A stretch of 64,000 bases of DNA from Hyphomicrobiales bacterium. GTDB lineage: Bacteria > Pseudomonadota > Alphaproteobacteria > Rhizobiales > Beijerinckiaceae. Where the stretch lies: the NCBI GenBank assembly GCA_043744855.1, contig JAYTTW010000148.1:908-64907 (forward strand). The letters are read 5' to 3'. The translations under genes were made by a program, and so were the position numbers. Under the pieces are notes generated by a model that saw only the letters and a program-made list of their open reading frames with translations, did not search any database and was not told where the DNA came from. Positions 20,201 through 31,773 of this stretch are shown here, one piece after another (positions within the stretch are counted from its first letter, which is position 1; each line of letters starts with the position of its first letter).

Positions 20201-20803
20201 TCAGGCGGCGGCGCGGGTTGCGGCGATCCATTGCCGGGCGCGAGCCTCCGGGTCGGCGTTGAGCAAAACGTCGGTCACGACGCATACACTGTCGGCGCCC
20301 GCCGCCAACACGCCAGGCGCCCGCTCGACGCTCATGCCGCCAATCGCCACAAGTCGGCGTTCGCCGAGGCGGCGTTTCCACTCGCCAACGCGCGCCAGTC
20401 CCTGCGGCCCGAAACGCATCTGCTTCAACACGGTTGGATACACGGGACCGAGCGCGACATAGTCGGGGTCGTGGCAGAGCGCCCGCTCAAGTTCGGCCTC
20501 GTCGTGCGTCGACAAGCCGAGCCGCACGCCCGCCTTGCGCAAAGCGGCGAAATCCGCCGCGTCCATATCTTCCTGGCCGAGATGCACGTAGTCGCAGCCG
20601 GCGTCGATGGCAAAACGCCAGTGATCGTTGACGACGAGTTGCGCGCCGGCGGCTTTGCAGAGATCGCGCGCCGCCCTGATTTCCGCCCGCAACATCGCCT
20701 CGTCGCCCTGCTTGATGCGCAATTGCACCAGCCGCACGCCGCATGGCAGCAAACGTCGCAGCCAAGCGGCGCTGTCGACAATCAGGTAGAAGGGATCAAG
20801 CAT
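20201..20803 (-). CDS. thiE: Thiamine-phosphate synthase
   Basis: VQLRIK, VVNDHW, VHLGQED, GLSTH, VAIGG; last gene of the thi operon. Confidence 0.93.
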   Translation of the reverse strand: MLDPFYLIVDSAAWLRRLLPCGVRLVQLRIKQGDEAMLRAEIRAARDLCKAAGAQLVVNDHWRFAIDAGCDYVHLGQEDMDAADFAALRKAGVRLGLSTHDEAELERALCHDPDYVALGPVYPTVLKQMRFGPQGLARVGEWKRRLGERRLVAIGGMSVERAPGVLAAGADSVCVVTDVLLNADPEARARQWIAATRAAA

Positions 20804-20851
20804 GGATTGCCCCGGTTTGCTGGCGAGCAACTGCGTCCGTCCTGCCGCCCC

Positions 20852-21631
20852 TCACGTAAACGCCCGCCCCAACGCCGGCGTCGAGGGCTGCGCCATATCG
20901 CGCGCCTCCATCGGATCCGCCGCGTGCGCAAGTCGTCCCGCCTCGATGGCCAGCGCAAAGGCTTTCGCCATCCCTGCGGGGTCGCCGGCACGGGCGACGG
21001 CGGTGTTGAGGAGGATCGCGTCGTAGCCCATTTCCATGGCGGCGGCAGCGTGCGAGGGGACGCCAATCCCCGCGTCGACCACCAGCGGCGTATCTGGAAA
21101 ATGCGCCCGCAGAGCACGCAATCCGTAGGGATTGTTGAGGCCGCGCCCGGACCCGATCGGCGCTCCCCACGGCATCAACACCTCGCAACCCGCCTCAAGC
21201 AGCTTATCGGCCACCACCAGATCCTCGGTTGTGTAGGGGAACACCTTAAACCCGTCGCGCGACAGGATGCCAGCGGCCTCGACGAGGCCGAACACATCGG
21301 GTTGCAAGGTGTCCTCCTCGCCGATGACTTCGAGCTTGATCCAGTCGGTTTCAAAAACCTCGCGCGCCATTTGCGCCGTTGTCACCGCCTCAGTGACCGT
21401 GTGGCAGCCGGCGGTATTCGGCAACACCCGCACGCCAAGGCCCTGGATCAGCGACCAGAAATCCTGGCCCGCCTTGCCGCCGCCGGACTCGCGCCGCAGC
21501 GATACGGTAACGAGGCCGGCGCCCGATGCGCGCACCGCATCCGCCAAAATCGCCGGCGAAGGATATTGCGCCGTGCCGAGCAAAAGCCGCGAGGCCAATT
21601 TCACGCCATAAAATTCGAGGTCGCGGTTCAT
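20852..21631 (-). CDS. thiG: Thiazole synthase
   Basis: [42 protein letters not shown]. Confidence 0.97.
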   Translation of the reverse strand: MNRDLEFYGVKLASRLLLGTAQYPSPAILADAVRASGAGLVTVSLRRESGGGKAGQDFWSLIQGLGVRVLPNTAGCHTVTEAVTTAQMAREVFETDWIKLEVIGEEDTLQPDVFGLVEAAGILSRDGFKVFPYTTEDLVVADKLLEAGCEVLMPWGAPIGSGRGLNNPYGLRALRAHFPDTPLVVDAGIGVPSHAAAAMEMGYDAILLNTAVARAGDPAGMAKAFALAIEAGRLAHAADPMEARDMAQPSTPALGRAFT

Positions 21632-21639
21632 GCTGTCCC

Positions 21640-21837
21640 CTAACCTCCCTGACGCGGCACGACAACCTCGACCGCGTCGCCGGCGCTCAGCAGCGTGCGC
21701 GTACGATCGGCGGCGCGGACGAACTGCCGGTTGAGGGCGGTGGCGACTTTCTGCGCGCCGTAATCGAGCTCCTCAAGCAGCGCCGCGAGGGTCGTGGCGT
21801 GGACTTCAACCGGCTGGCCATTGACTTCGATCTTCAT
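21640..21837 (-). CDS. thiS: Sulfur carrier protein
   Basis: 65 aa, begins MKIEVNG, C-terminal GG. Confidence 0.96.
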   Translation of the reverse strand: MKIEVNGQPVEVHATTLAALLEELDYGAQKVATALNRQFVRAADRTRTLLSAGDAVEVVVPRQGG

Positions 21838-22862
21838 GCGACTTCCTTGCCCGACGGCGCTGCGACGACGTCCTGCATCAGTGCGTCGAAGCGCGCGCCT
21901 TCGAGCACCGCGCCTTCGAGCACTATGTCGGCGGCGCGTCGCGCCAGCGCGGGCGCCAGCAAAAACCCGTGGCGAAACAGCCCATTCACATAGAGCGTCC
22001 GGTCACGCAAACGCAGGCGAGGCAGATTGTCGGGGAACGCCGGTCGCAGCCCGCTGCCGGTCTCGACAATTTCCGCTTCGCCAAAACCCGGATGCAACGT
22101 GTAAACGGCGCTGAGCAACTCCAGCACAGAACGCACGGTGACACGCCCTTCCTCGGCGTTTTCGATCATCGTGGCGCCGATCATGAATACGCCCTCGCCG
22201 CGCGGCACGACATAAACCGGCATGCGCGGATGCAGCATCCGCAACGGCCGCGAAAAATGCAGCTCGCGATTTTTGACGATCAGCATTTCGCCTTTCACCG
22301 GGCGCAGGTCATTGAGCGCGTCGCGCGCCTCCAGCCCACGACAGTCCAGCGTCCAGTCGGCGGCGGGCGGCGTCGCGCCAAACGCAATCGTCACGCCGAA
22401 ATCGTCGCGCAGACGCGCCACCAACGCCTGCAACGCGGCGCGCGGATCGAGGTGCGCCTCGCGCGGAAAATACAGCCCGCGCGAATGCACCCCCGCCAAT
22501 TGCGGCTCCAGTTCGGCGATTTCGTTGGCCTCCACCCAGCGGAATTCGCTGGTGCGTCGGGCAAAACGCTGCAGCTCCGGCGCGTCCCGACGGGGTGCTA
22601 CAACCAGCGTGCCACGCGTCACTGTGCCGGGAAATTCGCGTTGCCAGAAGTCAAGGGATTCGCGACCGAGGTCGCCGATCAGCGGTTCGGCAGTTTCGCA
22701 TTCGCACCACGGCGCCAACATGCCGCCGGCATACCACGAACAGCCGCGCCCGGCCGCCGCGCGCCGCTCCACGATGGCGACGCTGGCGCCGCGTCGCGCC
22801 AGTTCATAAGCGCAAGCAACCCCGGCGATCCCGGCTCCAATCACGGTGACGCGACGCGCCAA
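21834..22862 (-). CDS. thiO: Glycine oxidase
   Basis: GAGIAG FAD motif, SWYAGGML, GLRP, NGLFRHGFLLAP; TTG start with GGAGG RBS. Confidence 0.93.
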   Translation of the reverse strand: MARRVTVIGAGIAGVACAYELARRGASVAIVERRAAAGRGCSWYAGGMLAPWCECETAEPLIGDLGRESLDFWQREFPGTVTRGTLVVAPRRDAPELQRFARRTSEFRWVEANEIAELEPQLAGVHSRGLYFPREAHLDPRAALQALVARLRDDFGVTIAFGATPPAADWTLDCRGLEARDALNDLRPVKGEMLIVKNRELHFSRPLRMLHPRMPVYVVPRGEGVFMIGATMIENAEEGRVTVRSVLELLSAVYTLHPGFGEAEIVETGSGLRPAFPDNLPRLRLRDRTLYVNGLFRHGFLLAPALARRAADIVLEGAVLEGARFDALMQDVVAAPSGKEVA

Positions 22863-22918
22863 AACGCTTCCTCCGGCAAACCGAGCAGGCTGGGCGTACG
22901 GAAATGGGAAGCAGGCTT

Positions 22919-23018
22919 CACCATCCCTCCGCCAGCATGAACTGGATCAGGTCAAAAGAGTCGTCGCGCGCTGTAAAGCCGGCGACCTCTCAGCCCCCTG
23001 CCGGGGCTCCCCTTGGTA
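22919..23018 (-). ncRNA. TPP (thi-box) riboswitch
   Basis: Minus strand ACCAAGGGGAGCC...GGCTGAGAGG...GACCTGATCCAGTTCATGCTGGCGGAGGGATGGT, directly upstream of thiOSGE. Confidence 0.95.
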
Positions 23019-23204
23019 AAGCGAATGTGCGGATCGACACCCGCAGTGTCAAGCATCGGGCGCGTTGCCGCGCTTTCACGACGCCAATCCGCTCGGCGAA
23101 TTCCGCATGCATCACTGATCCCTGCACACGGGTCAGCCTGACAATCGTCGTATTGCCAAAGCGGCTTGAACCGGCTTTATTTCTCTCCAGACAGTCCGCA
23201 TTGA

Positions 23205-24317
<1,113 letters not shown>

Positions 24318-24320
<3 letters not shown>

Positions 24321-24338
24321 AGCATGATCCCGAAAAGG
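24318..24338 (+). repeat. Truncated 5' end of the RIME/Bru-RS-like repeat
   Basis: TAAAGCATGATCCCGAAAAGG matches the start of the element at 39718. Confidence 0.6.
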
Positions 24339-24355
24339 GAACGCTGGAAATGAGG

Positions 24356-24388
24356 AAGCCCCGGACGCGAATCCGGGGCTTTTTCTTT
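24356..24388 (+). terminator. Rho-independent terminator after dctP
   Basis: AAGCCCCGGA-cgcgaa-TCCGGGGCTT followed by a T-tract. Confidence 0.88.
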
Positions 24389-24405
24389 GTCGTCCAGATG
24401 CGGGG

Positions 24406-24621
24406 CTATGCCGCCGGCTGCATACGGCGCGGGTTCTGCGCCGTCGTCACGATAGTAAAGCGCTTGCGGGCTTCACTGCGGGTCTGCTCGGCCTTTGCGC
24501 GCCACGCGCCCTCAGCCTCATCGTAAGTCGTGAACGGGCCGATAGGCGGCGCCGCCTGTGAAAGTTCGCGGAATTCGAGACAGCTGAATTCGCCGCCGAC
24601 AACCCAGAATTGCTTGATCAT
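24406..24621 (-). CDS. DUF4170-like small protein
   Basis: FWVVGGEF..GPFTTYDEA..AWRAKA..RFTIV; AGGA RBS; directly downstream of aceA. Confidence 0.8.
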   Translation of the reverse strand: MIKQFWVVGGEFSCLEFRELSQAAPPIGPFTTYDEAEGAWRAKAEQTRSEARKRFTIVTTAQNPRRMQPAA

Positions 24622-24670
24622 GATCGTTGTTCCTGTTTGCTTGTTGGGAAAGGTTTTTGGAAAAGTCGGC

Positions 24671-25948
24671 TTATTCCGCCGCCTCGCGCTGCGGCGCCGC
24701 GTGGAACTGTTCGGTCTCGGTAGAGCCAGACATGGCGGTCGTGGAAGAAGCGCCGCCGGAGATCGCCATTGCCACGGCATCGAAATAGCCGGTGCCGACT
24801 TCGCGCTGGTGGCGCACGGCGGTGAAGCCGTTGGCCTGCGCGGCGAATTCGCGCTCCTGCATCTGCGAATAGGCGCCCATGCCGCCGGTCGAATAGCCGC
24901 GCGCCAGCTCAAACATCGACAGGTTCAGAGCGTGGAAACCCGCCAGCGTCACGAACTGGAAGCGATAGCCCATGTCGGCGATCTGCTCCTGGAAAGTGGC
25001 GATGGTTTTGGCGTCGAGTTTGGCGCGCCAGTTGAACGAGGGGGAGCAATTGTAGGCGAGCAGGCGGCCTGGATAAGCGCGCTTCATTTCCGCCGCGAAT
25101 TCCCGCGCTTCGCCAAGATCGGGGGAGGAGGTTTCCCACCACACGAGGTCCGAGTAGGGCGCATAGGCGAGACCGCGCGAAATCGCATGCGCCACGGAAT
25201 GCGAATTGCCCTGCTTGAGGCGGTAAAAGCCCTCGGGCGTGCGGTTGGAGCGGTCAATGAAGGAACGATCGTAATCGTCGATGTCTGAGGTGATCAGCGT
25301 CGCCGAATGGGCATCAGTTCGGGCGCAGATCACCGTATCGACGCCGCTGACATCGGCTGCGAGGCGCGCCGCGTTGAGAGTGCGGATGAAGGTGCGCGTC
25401 GGCAGCAGCACCTTGCCGCCGAGATGGCCGCACTTCTTCTCCGAGGCGAGCTGATCCTCGAAGTGAACGCCAGCGGCGCCCGCCTCGATCATGCTTTTCA
25501 TAAGCTCGAAAGCGTTGAGCGGTCCGCCAAAGCCGGCTTCCGCATCGGCCATGATCGGCGCAAACCAGTAGGTGTCATCGCCGCCTTCCATGCGCGCGAT
25601 CTGGTCGGCGCGGGTAAGGGCGTTGTTGATGCGCTTGACGACCTCGGGGACCGATGACGAAGGATACAGGGACTGGTCGGGATACATCTGCCCGGCGTTG
25701 TTGGCGTCCGCCGCAACCTGCCAGCCAGAGAGATAGATGGCCTCAAGGCCGCCCTTGACCTGCTGGACCGCCTGATTGCCAGTCAAGGCCCCGAGACAGC
25801 GAACAAAGGGGCGTTCCGCCATGAGTTTGCGCAGGCGCTTCGCGCCGAGGCGGGCGAGCGTGTGCTCGACGCGAATCGAGCCGGACAGGCGATCCACTTC
25901 TTCGGGCTTGTAATCGCGGGTGATGGCCGGGTTGTAGGAGGCGTTCAT
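24671..25948 (-). CDS. aceA: Isocitrate lyase
   Basis: [34 protein letters not shown] signature, [17 protein letters not shown]. Confidence 0.98.
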   Translation of the reverse strand: MNASYNPAITRDYKPEEVDRLSGSIRVEHTLARLGAKRLRKLMAERPFVRCLGALTGNQAVQQVKGGLEAIYLSGWQVAADANNAGQMYPDQSLYPSSSVPEVVKRINNALTRADQIARMEGGDDTYWFAPIMADAEAGFGGPLNAFELMKSMIEAGAAGVHFEDQLASEKKCGHLGGKVLLPTRTFIRTLNAARLAADVSGVDTVICARTDAHSATLITSDIDDYDRSFIDRSNRTPEGFYRLKQGNSHSVAHAISRGLAYAPYSDLVWWETSSPDLGEAREFAAEMKRAYPGRLLAYNCSPSFNWRAKLDAKTIATFQEQIADMGYRFQFVTLAGFHALNLSMFELARGYSTGGMGAYSQMQEREFAAQANGFTAVRHQREVGTGYFDAVAMAISGGASSTTAMSGSTETEQFHAAPQREAAE

Positions 25949-25949
25949 G

Positions 25950-26130
25950 GTGTGAATCCGTTTGTAAATTTTTGAAGCAATTCGTTCCTGATTGCTGGAT
26001 TGTATATAACTTCTAAAACGTAAAATTGGCAATATCTATATGATTTGTATGAAGAAAGATGGAAAATCATGAACTGATTGACAAAATCTATTTTGTAATA
26101 TGTAATAAATTGTCATTTCGGAGTCAGGAT
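25950..26130. promoter_or_regulatory. AT-rich divergent aceA/regulator control region with palindrome ACAAAAT-CT-ATTTTGT
   Basis: Marked AT-richness; palindrome at 26081-26096; TTTGTAAA at 25961. Confidence 0.6.
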
Positions 26131-27558
26131 ATGCGGGCGGTTCGCGTTGGGGGAAAGCTGCGTCGGCTGCGTCAGGAGCGAAGGCTGAATCAGGTGCAGA
26201 TGGCTGCGGAGCTTGGCATTTCGGCGAGCTACCTCAATCTGCTTGAATCAAACCAGCGGCCTGTCACCGTAAACGTGCTGCTGCGGCTGGCTGAGCGCTT
26301 CAAGGTCGATCTGTCGGTGCTGGGCGGCGACGACAATGAACGGCTCACCTCTGATCTCATGGAGGCCCTGTCCGACCCGCTGTTCGACGAAGCGGATGTG
26401 AAATCCAGCGACGTGCAGGAGCTGGCCGCCACGCTGCCCAACATGGCGCGCGCCATCCTGACGCTCTACCAGGCGCACCAGCGCGGCGGCGCAGCGGATG
26501 TTGCGCCCGGCGGGCTCGACAGCGAGCCGCCCAGCGTCGGCATTCCCTCCGAGGAGGTGACTGATTTTCTGCAGGAGCGGGGCAATTATTTTGATCCGCT
26601 GGAGAAGGCTGCGGAAGCCCTGTGGGACGAGCACAAGCTGGCGCTGTTTACGCTTCAGCGCGATCTCGTCAGCGTGCTCTCCGACCGTTTTGCCGTTGAT
26701 GTCGAGATCGTGGCCTCAGAGGCGATGCCGGGCCTGCTGCGCAGATACGATCCATTGCGGCGCAAGCTGCTGCTCTGCGAAATGCTGCCTGCGCAAAGCC
26801 GCGCCTTCCAGCTTGCGCACCAGATTGCGCTGCTGGGATACAAACGCGAAATTGGCGCCATCGTCTCCGGCGGGAAGTTCACGTCGCCGGAATCAGACGC
26901 GCTCGCGTCGGGCGCGCTGGCGAATTATTTCGCCGCCGCCGTGCTCATGCCCTATGAACGCTTTCTCGCCTCGGCGCGGCAGACGCGCTACGACACGAAC
27001 ATTCTGCAACACCGCTTCAGCGTCTCGTTCGAGCAGGTTTGCCATCGCCTGACCAGCCTGCGGCGGGCCGGCGCCGAGGGCATTCCCTTCCATCTGATAC
27101 GCGTCGACATCGCCGGCAATATTTCCAAGCGATATTCCTCCTCGGGAATACATATCGCCCGTTTTGGCGCGGCCTGTCCGCGATGGAATGTCTATGACGC
27201 GTTCGCGACGCCGGGGATGCTGCGCGTGCAGGTATCGCGCATGCCGGATGGCTCCAGCTATTTCTGCATTGCGCGAACGAGTGAGGCGGTGGCGCGCGCC
27301 ACGCCGCGTGGCGGCTTGCCAACGCGCGTCGGCCAGCAATCCATCGGGCTTGGTTGTGGGCTGCATCTGGCGAAAGAGATTGTCTATTCGGACGGGCTCA
27401 ATCTCGATGATCCACAGATCGTCACGCCAATCGGGGTTTCCTGCCGCTCCTGCCCGCGCAGCGATTGCAATGACCGGGCGATGCCGTCGCTTTCGCAAAA
27501 ACTTGTGATCGACGAAAACAAACGTGGCCTTTCGACCTTCGCCAACGCCTCGGGATAA
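26131..27558 (+). CDS. Short-chain fatty acyl-CoA regulator (ScfR/RamB family XRE regulator)
   Basis: N-terminal HTH LGISASYLNLLE, VSFEQVCHRLT, RVDIAGNISKR, CPRWNVYDAF, C-terminal CRSCPRSDC; divergent from aceA. Confidence 0.92.
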   Translation: MRAVRVGGKLRRLRQERRLNQVQMAAELGISASYLNLLESNQRPVTVNVLLRLAERFKVDLSVLGGDDNERLTSDLMEALSDPLFDEADVKSSDVQELAATLPNMARAILTLYQAHQRGGAADVAPGGLDSEPPSVGIPSEEVTDFLQERGNYFDPLEKAAEALWDEHKLALFTLQRDLVSVLSDRFAVDVEIVASEAMPGLLRRYDPLRRKLLLCEMLPAQSRAFQLAHQIALLGYKREIGAIVSGGKFTSPESDALASGALANYFAAAVLMPYERFLASARQTRYDTNILQHRFSVSFEQVCHRLTSLRRAGAEGIPFHLIRVDIAGNISKRYSSSGIHIARFGAACPRWNVYDAFATPGMLRVQVSRMPDGSSYFCIARTSEAVARATPRGGLPTRVGQQSIGLGCGLHLAKEIVYSDGLNLDDPQIVTPIGVSCRSCPRSDCNDRAMPSLSQKLVIDENKRGLSTFANASG

Positions 27559-27653
27559 ACGTCGCAGCCGGCGCTGGTACAAAGCACCCCCCCGTTTTGA
27601 CGCGCTGGTTTTTGTTTCGGCGGGTCCCGCGTCGGGGCGCTTTACCTGTTTTG

Positions 27654-27678
27654 GGAACAGCGGGCCCCATCCGACGTT
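27654..27678 (+). promoter_or_regulatory. EcfG/SigT (general stress sigma) promoter
   Basis: Exact GGAAC-N16-CGTT, 47 bp upstream of the small ORF at 27726. Confidence 0.75.
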
Positions 27679-27725
27679 AGGCAAATGCCGGCTTATACGC
27701 CCGGTGTTCAAACGGAGAGCCTGAA

Positions 27726-27920
27726 ATGACCAGCCATATGCCGCCAGTGCCGCCCGCCAACCGTTCGCCCAAAGGTCCGCAAACCTCAAAAGGCGATAGC
27801 CAGGCCGACACGTCCATAAAGGCGGATCGCGATCCCCACATCAACGAGCAGGGCGATAGCGCCAACATCAAGCAAAACACCACGAAAAAGGGCGGCGTTC
27901 ACGGCAATCGCATGAAGTAG
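27726..27920 (+). CDS. Small hydrophilic protein, probably general-stress induced
   Basis: MPPVPPANRSPKG...EQG..ANIKQNT pattern; GGAG RBS; EcfG-type promoter. Confidence 0.75.
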   Translation: MTSHMPPVPPANRSPKGPQTSKGDSQADTSIKADRDPHINEQGDSANIKQNTTKKGGVHGNRMK

Positions 27921-27929
27921 CCGGCGCGC

Positions 27930-29870
27930 TCAAAACTTGAGCGGCGGCAGGTCGCCAGTGTCGGGCGGCGGCGCGATGGATTTTATCTGCTCCTCGTATT
28001 GCTGCGGGGTCAGTTGCGTCTCGCCGGTTTTGTAAACCATCACCATCGACGGGATGAAGATAACCATCCCCACCATGATGAGCTGAATGACGACAAACGG
28101 AATGGCGCCCATGTAAATTTGCCCGGTCGTAACCGGTTCGGTCCGTTTTGACGTGAGGCGGTCGATATACGGCTCTTTCGGCGCGACCGAGCGTAGATAG
28201 AACAAGGCGAAACCAAACGGTGGATGCATGAACGAGGTTTGTATGTTGACGCCAAGAATGACGCCGAACCAGATGAGGTCGATGCCCAGCGCCGAGGCTG
28301 CCGGCCCAAGCAACGGAATGATGATGAAAGCCAGCTCGAAAAAGTCGAGGAAGAACGCCAGCACAAACACGAACGCGTTGACGAAGACGAGGAAGCCGAT
28401 TTGGCCGCCCGGTAGCGAAGTCAGCAGGTGCTCGACCCAGTTGTGGCCGTTGACCCCGTAGAACGTCAGCGAAAACACCCGCGCGCCGATCAGGATAAAC
28501 ACCACGAACGCCGACAGCTTGGCGGTCGAGTCCATCGCTTGCCGCAGGAGGTTCCAGGTAAGGCGGCCCTTCGCCATCGCCAGCAGCAATGCGCCGGCAG
28601 CCCCCATGGCGCCGCCCTCTGTCGGCGTGGCGATGCCGACGAAAATCGTGCCGAGCACGAGAAAGATCAGCGCCAGCGGCGGCACCAGCACGATGATGAC
28701 CATCTGCGCCATGTTCGACAACAGGGCGACGCCGGTCGAACGGTTGATCAGCGCTGCGGCGTAGAGCACACCCGTTGCCGACAGCGCCGACCAGACGCCG
28801 GCGTTGTCGGTCTGCATGTCGGGAAAATTTCGCGTCAGGTAAACGAAGGCGAGATAGCCGATGAGGCCGCTTGTCGCCATGACGGCCAAGGTATTGACGC
28901 GCGGCGCGGCGCCGAGGCGCGCAATGCCTGCGCCGAAAAAATTTCGACCGAAGGCGAGCAGGGACAGGCCGCATGCGCCGATCCACTGCGCCTTAGAACT
29001 GACCGCGCTGGTTTCGAAGCCAATCAGCCCGGCGATCCACAACGCGATGGAAATCGCCAGATAAAACGCCGGTGCGCCGACCAGCAGCAGCAGGATTGAC
29101 GCGACCCCGCCCTGTCGCGTTGCGTGCTCCGGGTTTTCCGGAATGGTGCGCGCTTCCAGCGGCAACGCCGGCGCCGCCTCCGGCTTGAAGATTGTCACGA
29201 GAAATACGTAAACCGCGTAAAGCAGCGACAGAACGATGCCCGGTATGAACGCCCCCTTGTACATGTCGCCGACCGAGCGGCCCAACTGGTCAGCCATGAT
29301 GATGAGCACCAGCGACGGTGGAATGATTTGCGCCAGTGTGCCGGACGCGGCGATAACGCCGGCGGCGAGGCGACGATCATAGCCGTAGCGTAGCATGATC
29401 GGCAGCGAGATCAGCCCCATGGAAATGACCGACGCCGCCACAACGCCGGTTGTCGCGGCCAGCAACGCGCCAACGAAAATCACGGCGTAGGCGAGCCCTC
29501 CGCGCACCGGGCCAAACAACTGGCCGATGGTGTCGAGCAGGTCTTCTGCCATGCCGGAACGCTCAAGTATGAGGCCCATGAATGTGAAAAAAGGAATGGC
29601 CAGCAGCGTATCGTTCGCAATCACGCCGAAGATGCGTTCCGGCAGCGCCGACAGAAACGGCCAATCGAGATTGATGACCTGATCGCCGACTTTTCGACAG
29701 ACGGCCGAGATATCCTGACACTGGCTGTAGGGGGCGAGTTCCACGCCAACAAAAAAGAACAGCAGCCCGACCGCCGCCAGTGAGAACGCCACGGGGTAAC
29801 CGAGCAGCAGAAACACGACGAGCGCCAGAAACATGATTGGCGCAAGATTCGTTGCAATGAATGCAGCCAT
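27930..29870 (-). CDS. TRAP transporter large permease (DctM)
   Basis: LLGYPVAFSL, LLAIPFFTFMG, SGTLAQIIPPS, TPTEGGA, QTSFMHPPFG. Confidence 0.93.
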   Translation of the reverse strand: MAAFIATNLAPIMFLALVVFLLLGYPVAFSLAAVGLLFFFVGVELAPYSQCQDISAVCRKVGDQVINLDWPFLSALPERIFGVIANDTLLAIPFFTFMGLILERSGMAEDLLDTIGQLFGPVRGGLAYAVIFVGALLAATTGVVAASVISMGLISLPIMLRYGYDRRLAAGVIAASGTLAQIIPPSLVLIIMADQLGRSVGDMYKGAFIPGIVLSLLYAVYVFLVTIFKPEAAPALPLEARTIPENPEHATRQGGVASILLLLVGAPAFYLAISIALWIAGLIGFETSAVSSKAQWIGACGLSLLAFGRNFFGAGIARLGAAPRVNTLAVMATSGLIGYLAFVYLTRNFPDMQTDNAGVWSALSATGVLYAAALINRSTGVALLSNMAQMVIIVLVPPLALIFLVLGTIFVGIATPTEGGAMGAAGALLLAMAKGRLTWNLLRQAMDSTAKLSAFVVFILIGARVFSLTFYGVNGHNWVEHLLTSLPGGQIGFLVFVNAFVFVLAFFLDFFELAFIIIPLLGPAASALGIDLIWFGVILGVNIQTSFMHPPFGFALFYLRSVAPKEPYIDRLTSKRTEPVTTGQIYMGAIPFVVIQLIMVGMVIFIPSMVMVYKTGETQLTPQQYEEQIKSIAPPPDTGDLPPLKF

Positions 29871-29884
29871 GTTATGCGGCGCCC

Positions 29885-30448
29885 CTAGTTGCCGACAGCC
29901 GTGTCGAGTGGCGCGTGCGCGCTCGAGCCCGCGTGCGGGTCCGGTATTTCGCCGCGCATGATTGCGACGCGCTTGATGAGTTCAGAGACGCCTTGCGCCA
30001 GCAACAACGTAAAGCCGAGGGGAATAAGGAGCTTGGCTGGCCACAAAGGCAATCCGCCGGCGCTTGCTGAGACTTCGCCGCTGCGGATATCGCGCAGAAA
30101 CACCGGCGTCGACAGCCAGATCATGATGAGACACAGCGGCGCAAGAAAGAACACGTGGCCGATCACGTCGATCCAGTTGCGCGTGCTCGTCGAAAGCTTC
30201 GCATTGATGATGTCGATGCGGATATGCTCGTTGCGTTGTAACGTGTAGGCGGCACCGAGCAGCACGACAGCGCCGAACAGATACCATTGCAGTTCGAGAA
30301 ACGCGTTCGAACTTCTGCTGAAGGCGAAACGCACCAGCGCATTGACGGACGACACGATGACGGCGGCGAGGATGGCCCAGCTCATCGCCTTGCCGATACG
30401 CTCGTTCACCAGGTCGATGGCGCGGCTTACCTGTAACAGACCCTGCAT
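29885..30448 (-). CDS. TRAP transporter small permease (DctQ)
   Basis: SNAFLELQWYLF, NEHIRIDI, GGLPLWPAK; four TM segments. Confidence 0.92.
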   Translation of the reverse strand: MQGLLQVSRAIDLVNERIGKAMSWAILAAVIVSSVNALVRFAFSRSSNAFLELQWYLFGAVVLLGAAYTLQRNEHIRIDIINAKLSTSTRNWIDVIGHVFFLAPLCLIMIWLSTPVFLRDIRSGEVSASAGGLPLWPAKLLIPLGFTLLLAQGVSELIKRVAIMRGEIPDPHAGSSAHAPLDTAVGN

Positions 30449-30674
30449 GCGTGCCCCCCGCATTGCGCGCCCAATCCGACCGGATGCAGCCATTGCTAGC
30501 GTGCCGGTGGCGCGGGGTCCAGACGTTGCATCGCCCGGTCGTAAAATGCGCGCTACAACTATAACCGTAGATGGGCCAGCGGCGGCGCGGCAGATCCGTA
30601 GCGCGACATGCCCGACCGCATCGCCGGCAACGGACTGTGAAAACCTTGCGAACCAGAATCAGAATGGAGACAGC

Positions 30675-31589
30675 TTACGCCGCCCCGCCGCCCGCCGTTT
30701 TCAGCCAGGCGGCGCCGCAGGCCTTCGCCAGTTCGCGCACCCGCAAAATGTAGCTCTGCCGTTCTGTCACCGAGATAACGCCGCGCGCGTCGAGCAGATT
30801 GAAGCGGTGCGACGCCTTGATGCATTGATCGTAGGCGGGGAGGGCGAGTTCGTGCCGGTCGCCCCGATCGCCTTTTTCCAAAAGCGATTGGCATTCAGCT
30901 TCCGCATCCTTGAAGTGCTGGAACAGCAGCGCCGTGTCGGCATATTCGAAATTGTGCCGCGAGAACTCCTGCTCGGCCTGCTTGAAGATATCGCCGTAGG
31001 TGATTTTCTCCGTGCCCTCGCGGCCATTGAAATTGAGGTCGTAAACATTCTCGACGCCCTGCACATACATGGCGAGGCGCTCCAGCCCGTAGGTCAATTC
31101 GCCCGAGACCGGCGCACACTCAAACCCGGCCACCTGTTGGAAGTAGGTGAACTGCGACACTTCCATGCCGTCGCACCAGCACTCCCAGCCGAGCCCCCAC
31201 GCGCCCAGGGTCGGGCTTTCCCAGTCGTCCTCGACGAAACGGATGTCATGCAGCGCTGTGTCGATGCCGATGGCGGCCAGCGAACGCAGGTACAAATCCT
31301 GCAAGTCCGGCGGCGATGGTTTGAGGATCACCTGAAACTGATAATAATGTTGCAGACGATTGGGGTTTTCGCCGTAGCGCCCATCCTTCGGGCGTCGCGA
31401 CGGCTGCACATAGGCGGCCTTCCACGCCGCCGGGCCAAGCGAGCGCAAGGTCGTCGCCGGATGAAACGTGCCGGCGCCGACCTCCATGTCATACGGCTGC
31501 AGAATGACGCAGCCCTGCTCGGCCCAGAAAGTCTGCAAGGTTAGCAGCAGCCCCTGAAACGAGCGCTTGGGATCGAGCGAAGCGGTCAT
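30675..31589 (-). CDS. glyQ: Glycine--tRNA ligase alpha subunit
   Basis: [50 protein letters not shown]. Confidence 0.98.
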   Translation of the reverse strand: MTASLDPKRSFQGLLLTLQTFWAEQGCVILQPYDMEVGAGTFHPATTLRSLGPAAWKAAYVQPSRRPKDGRYGENPNRLQHYYQFQVILKPSPPDLQDLYLRSLAAIGIDTALHDIRFVEDDWESPTLGAWGLGWECWCDGMEVSQFTYFQQVAGFECAPVSGELTYGLERLAMYVQGVENVYDLNFNGREGTEKITYGDIFKQAEQEFSRHNFEYADTALLFQHFKDAEAECQSLLEKGDRGDRHELALPAYDQCIKASHRFNLLDARGVISVTERQSYILRVRELAKACGAAWLKTAGGGAA

Positions 31590-31773
31590 GAAGCGGCCTG
31601 TTGCAAAATCGCGCGCAACCTAGGCGGCGGGCCTTGCACGGTCAAATGGCCAGGGCGGGAAAGTTATGCATCGATAACCATCCAGGCGTTTTGCAGCGAG
31701 CTGAGGCGTCGCTTTAAGGCTGCCGAAACCTCGGGAGGCGCAATCTTGCCGCGCTCTCACCGACGGAAAAGCC

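Noticed and set aside
20231-21643. Long antisense ORFs (also 41511-42719, 37736-39013, 54517-56040, 57762-59066)
   Set aside because: Shadow frames of well-supported genes in high-GC DNA, with no motifs or RBS.
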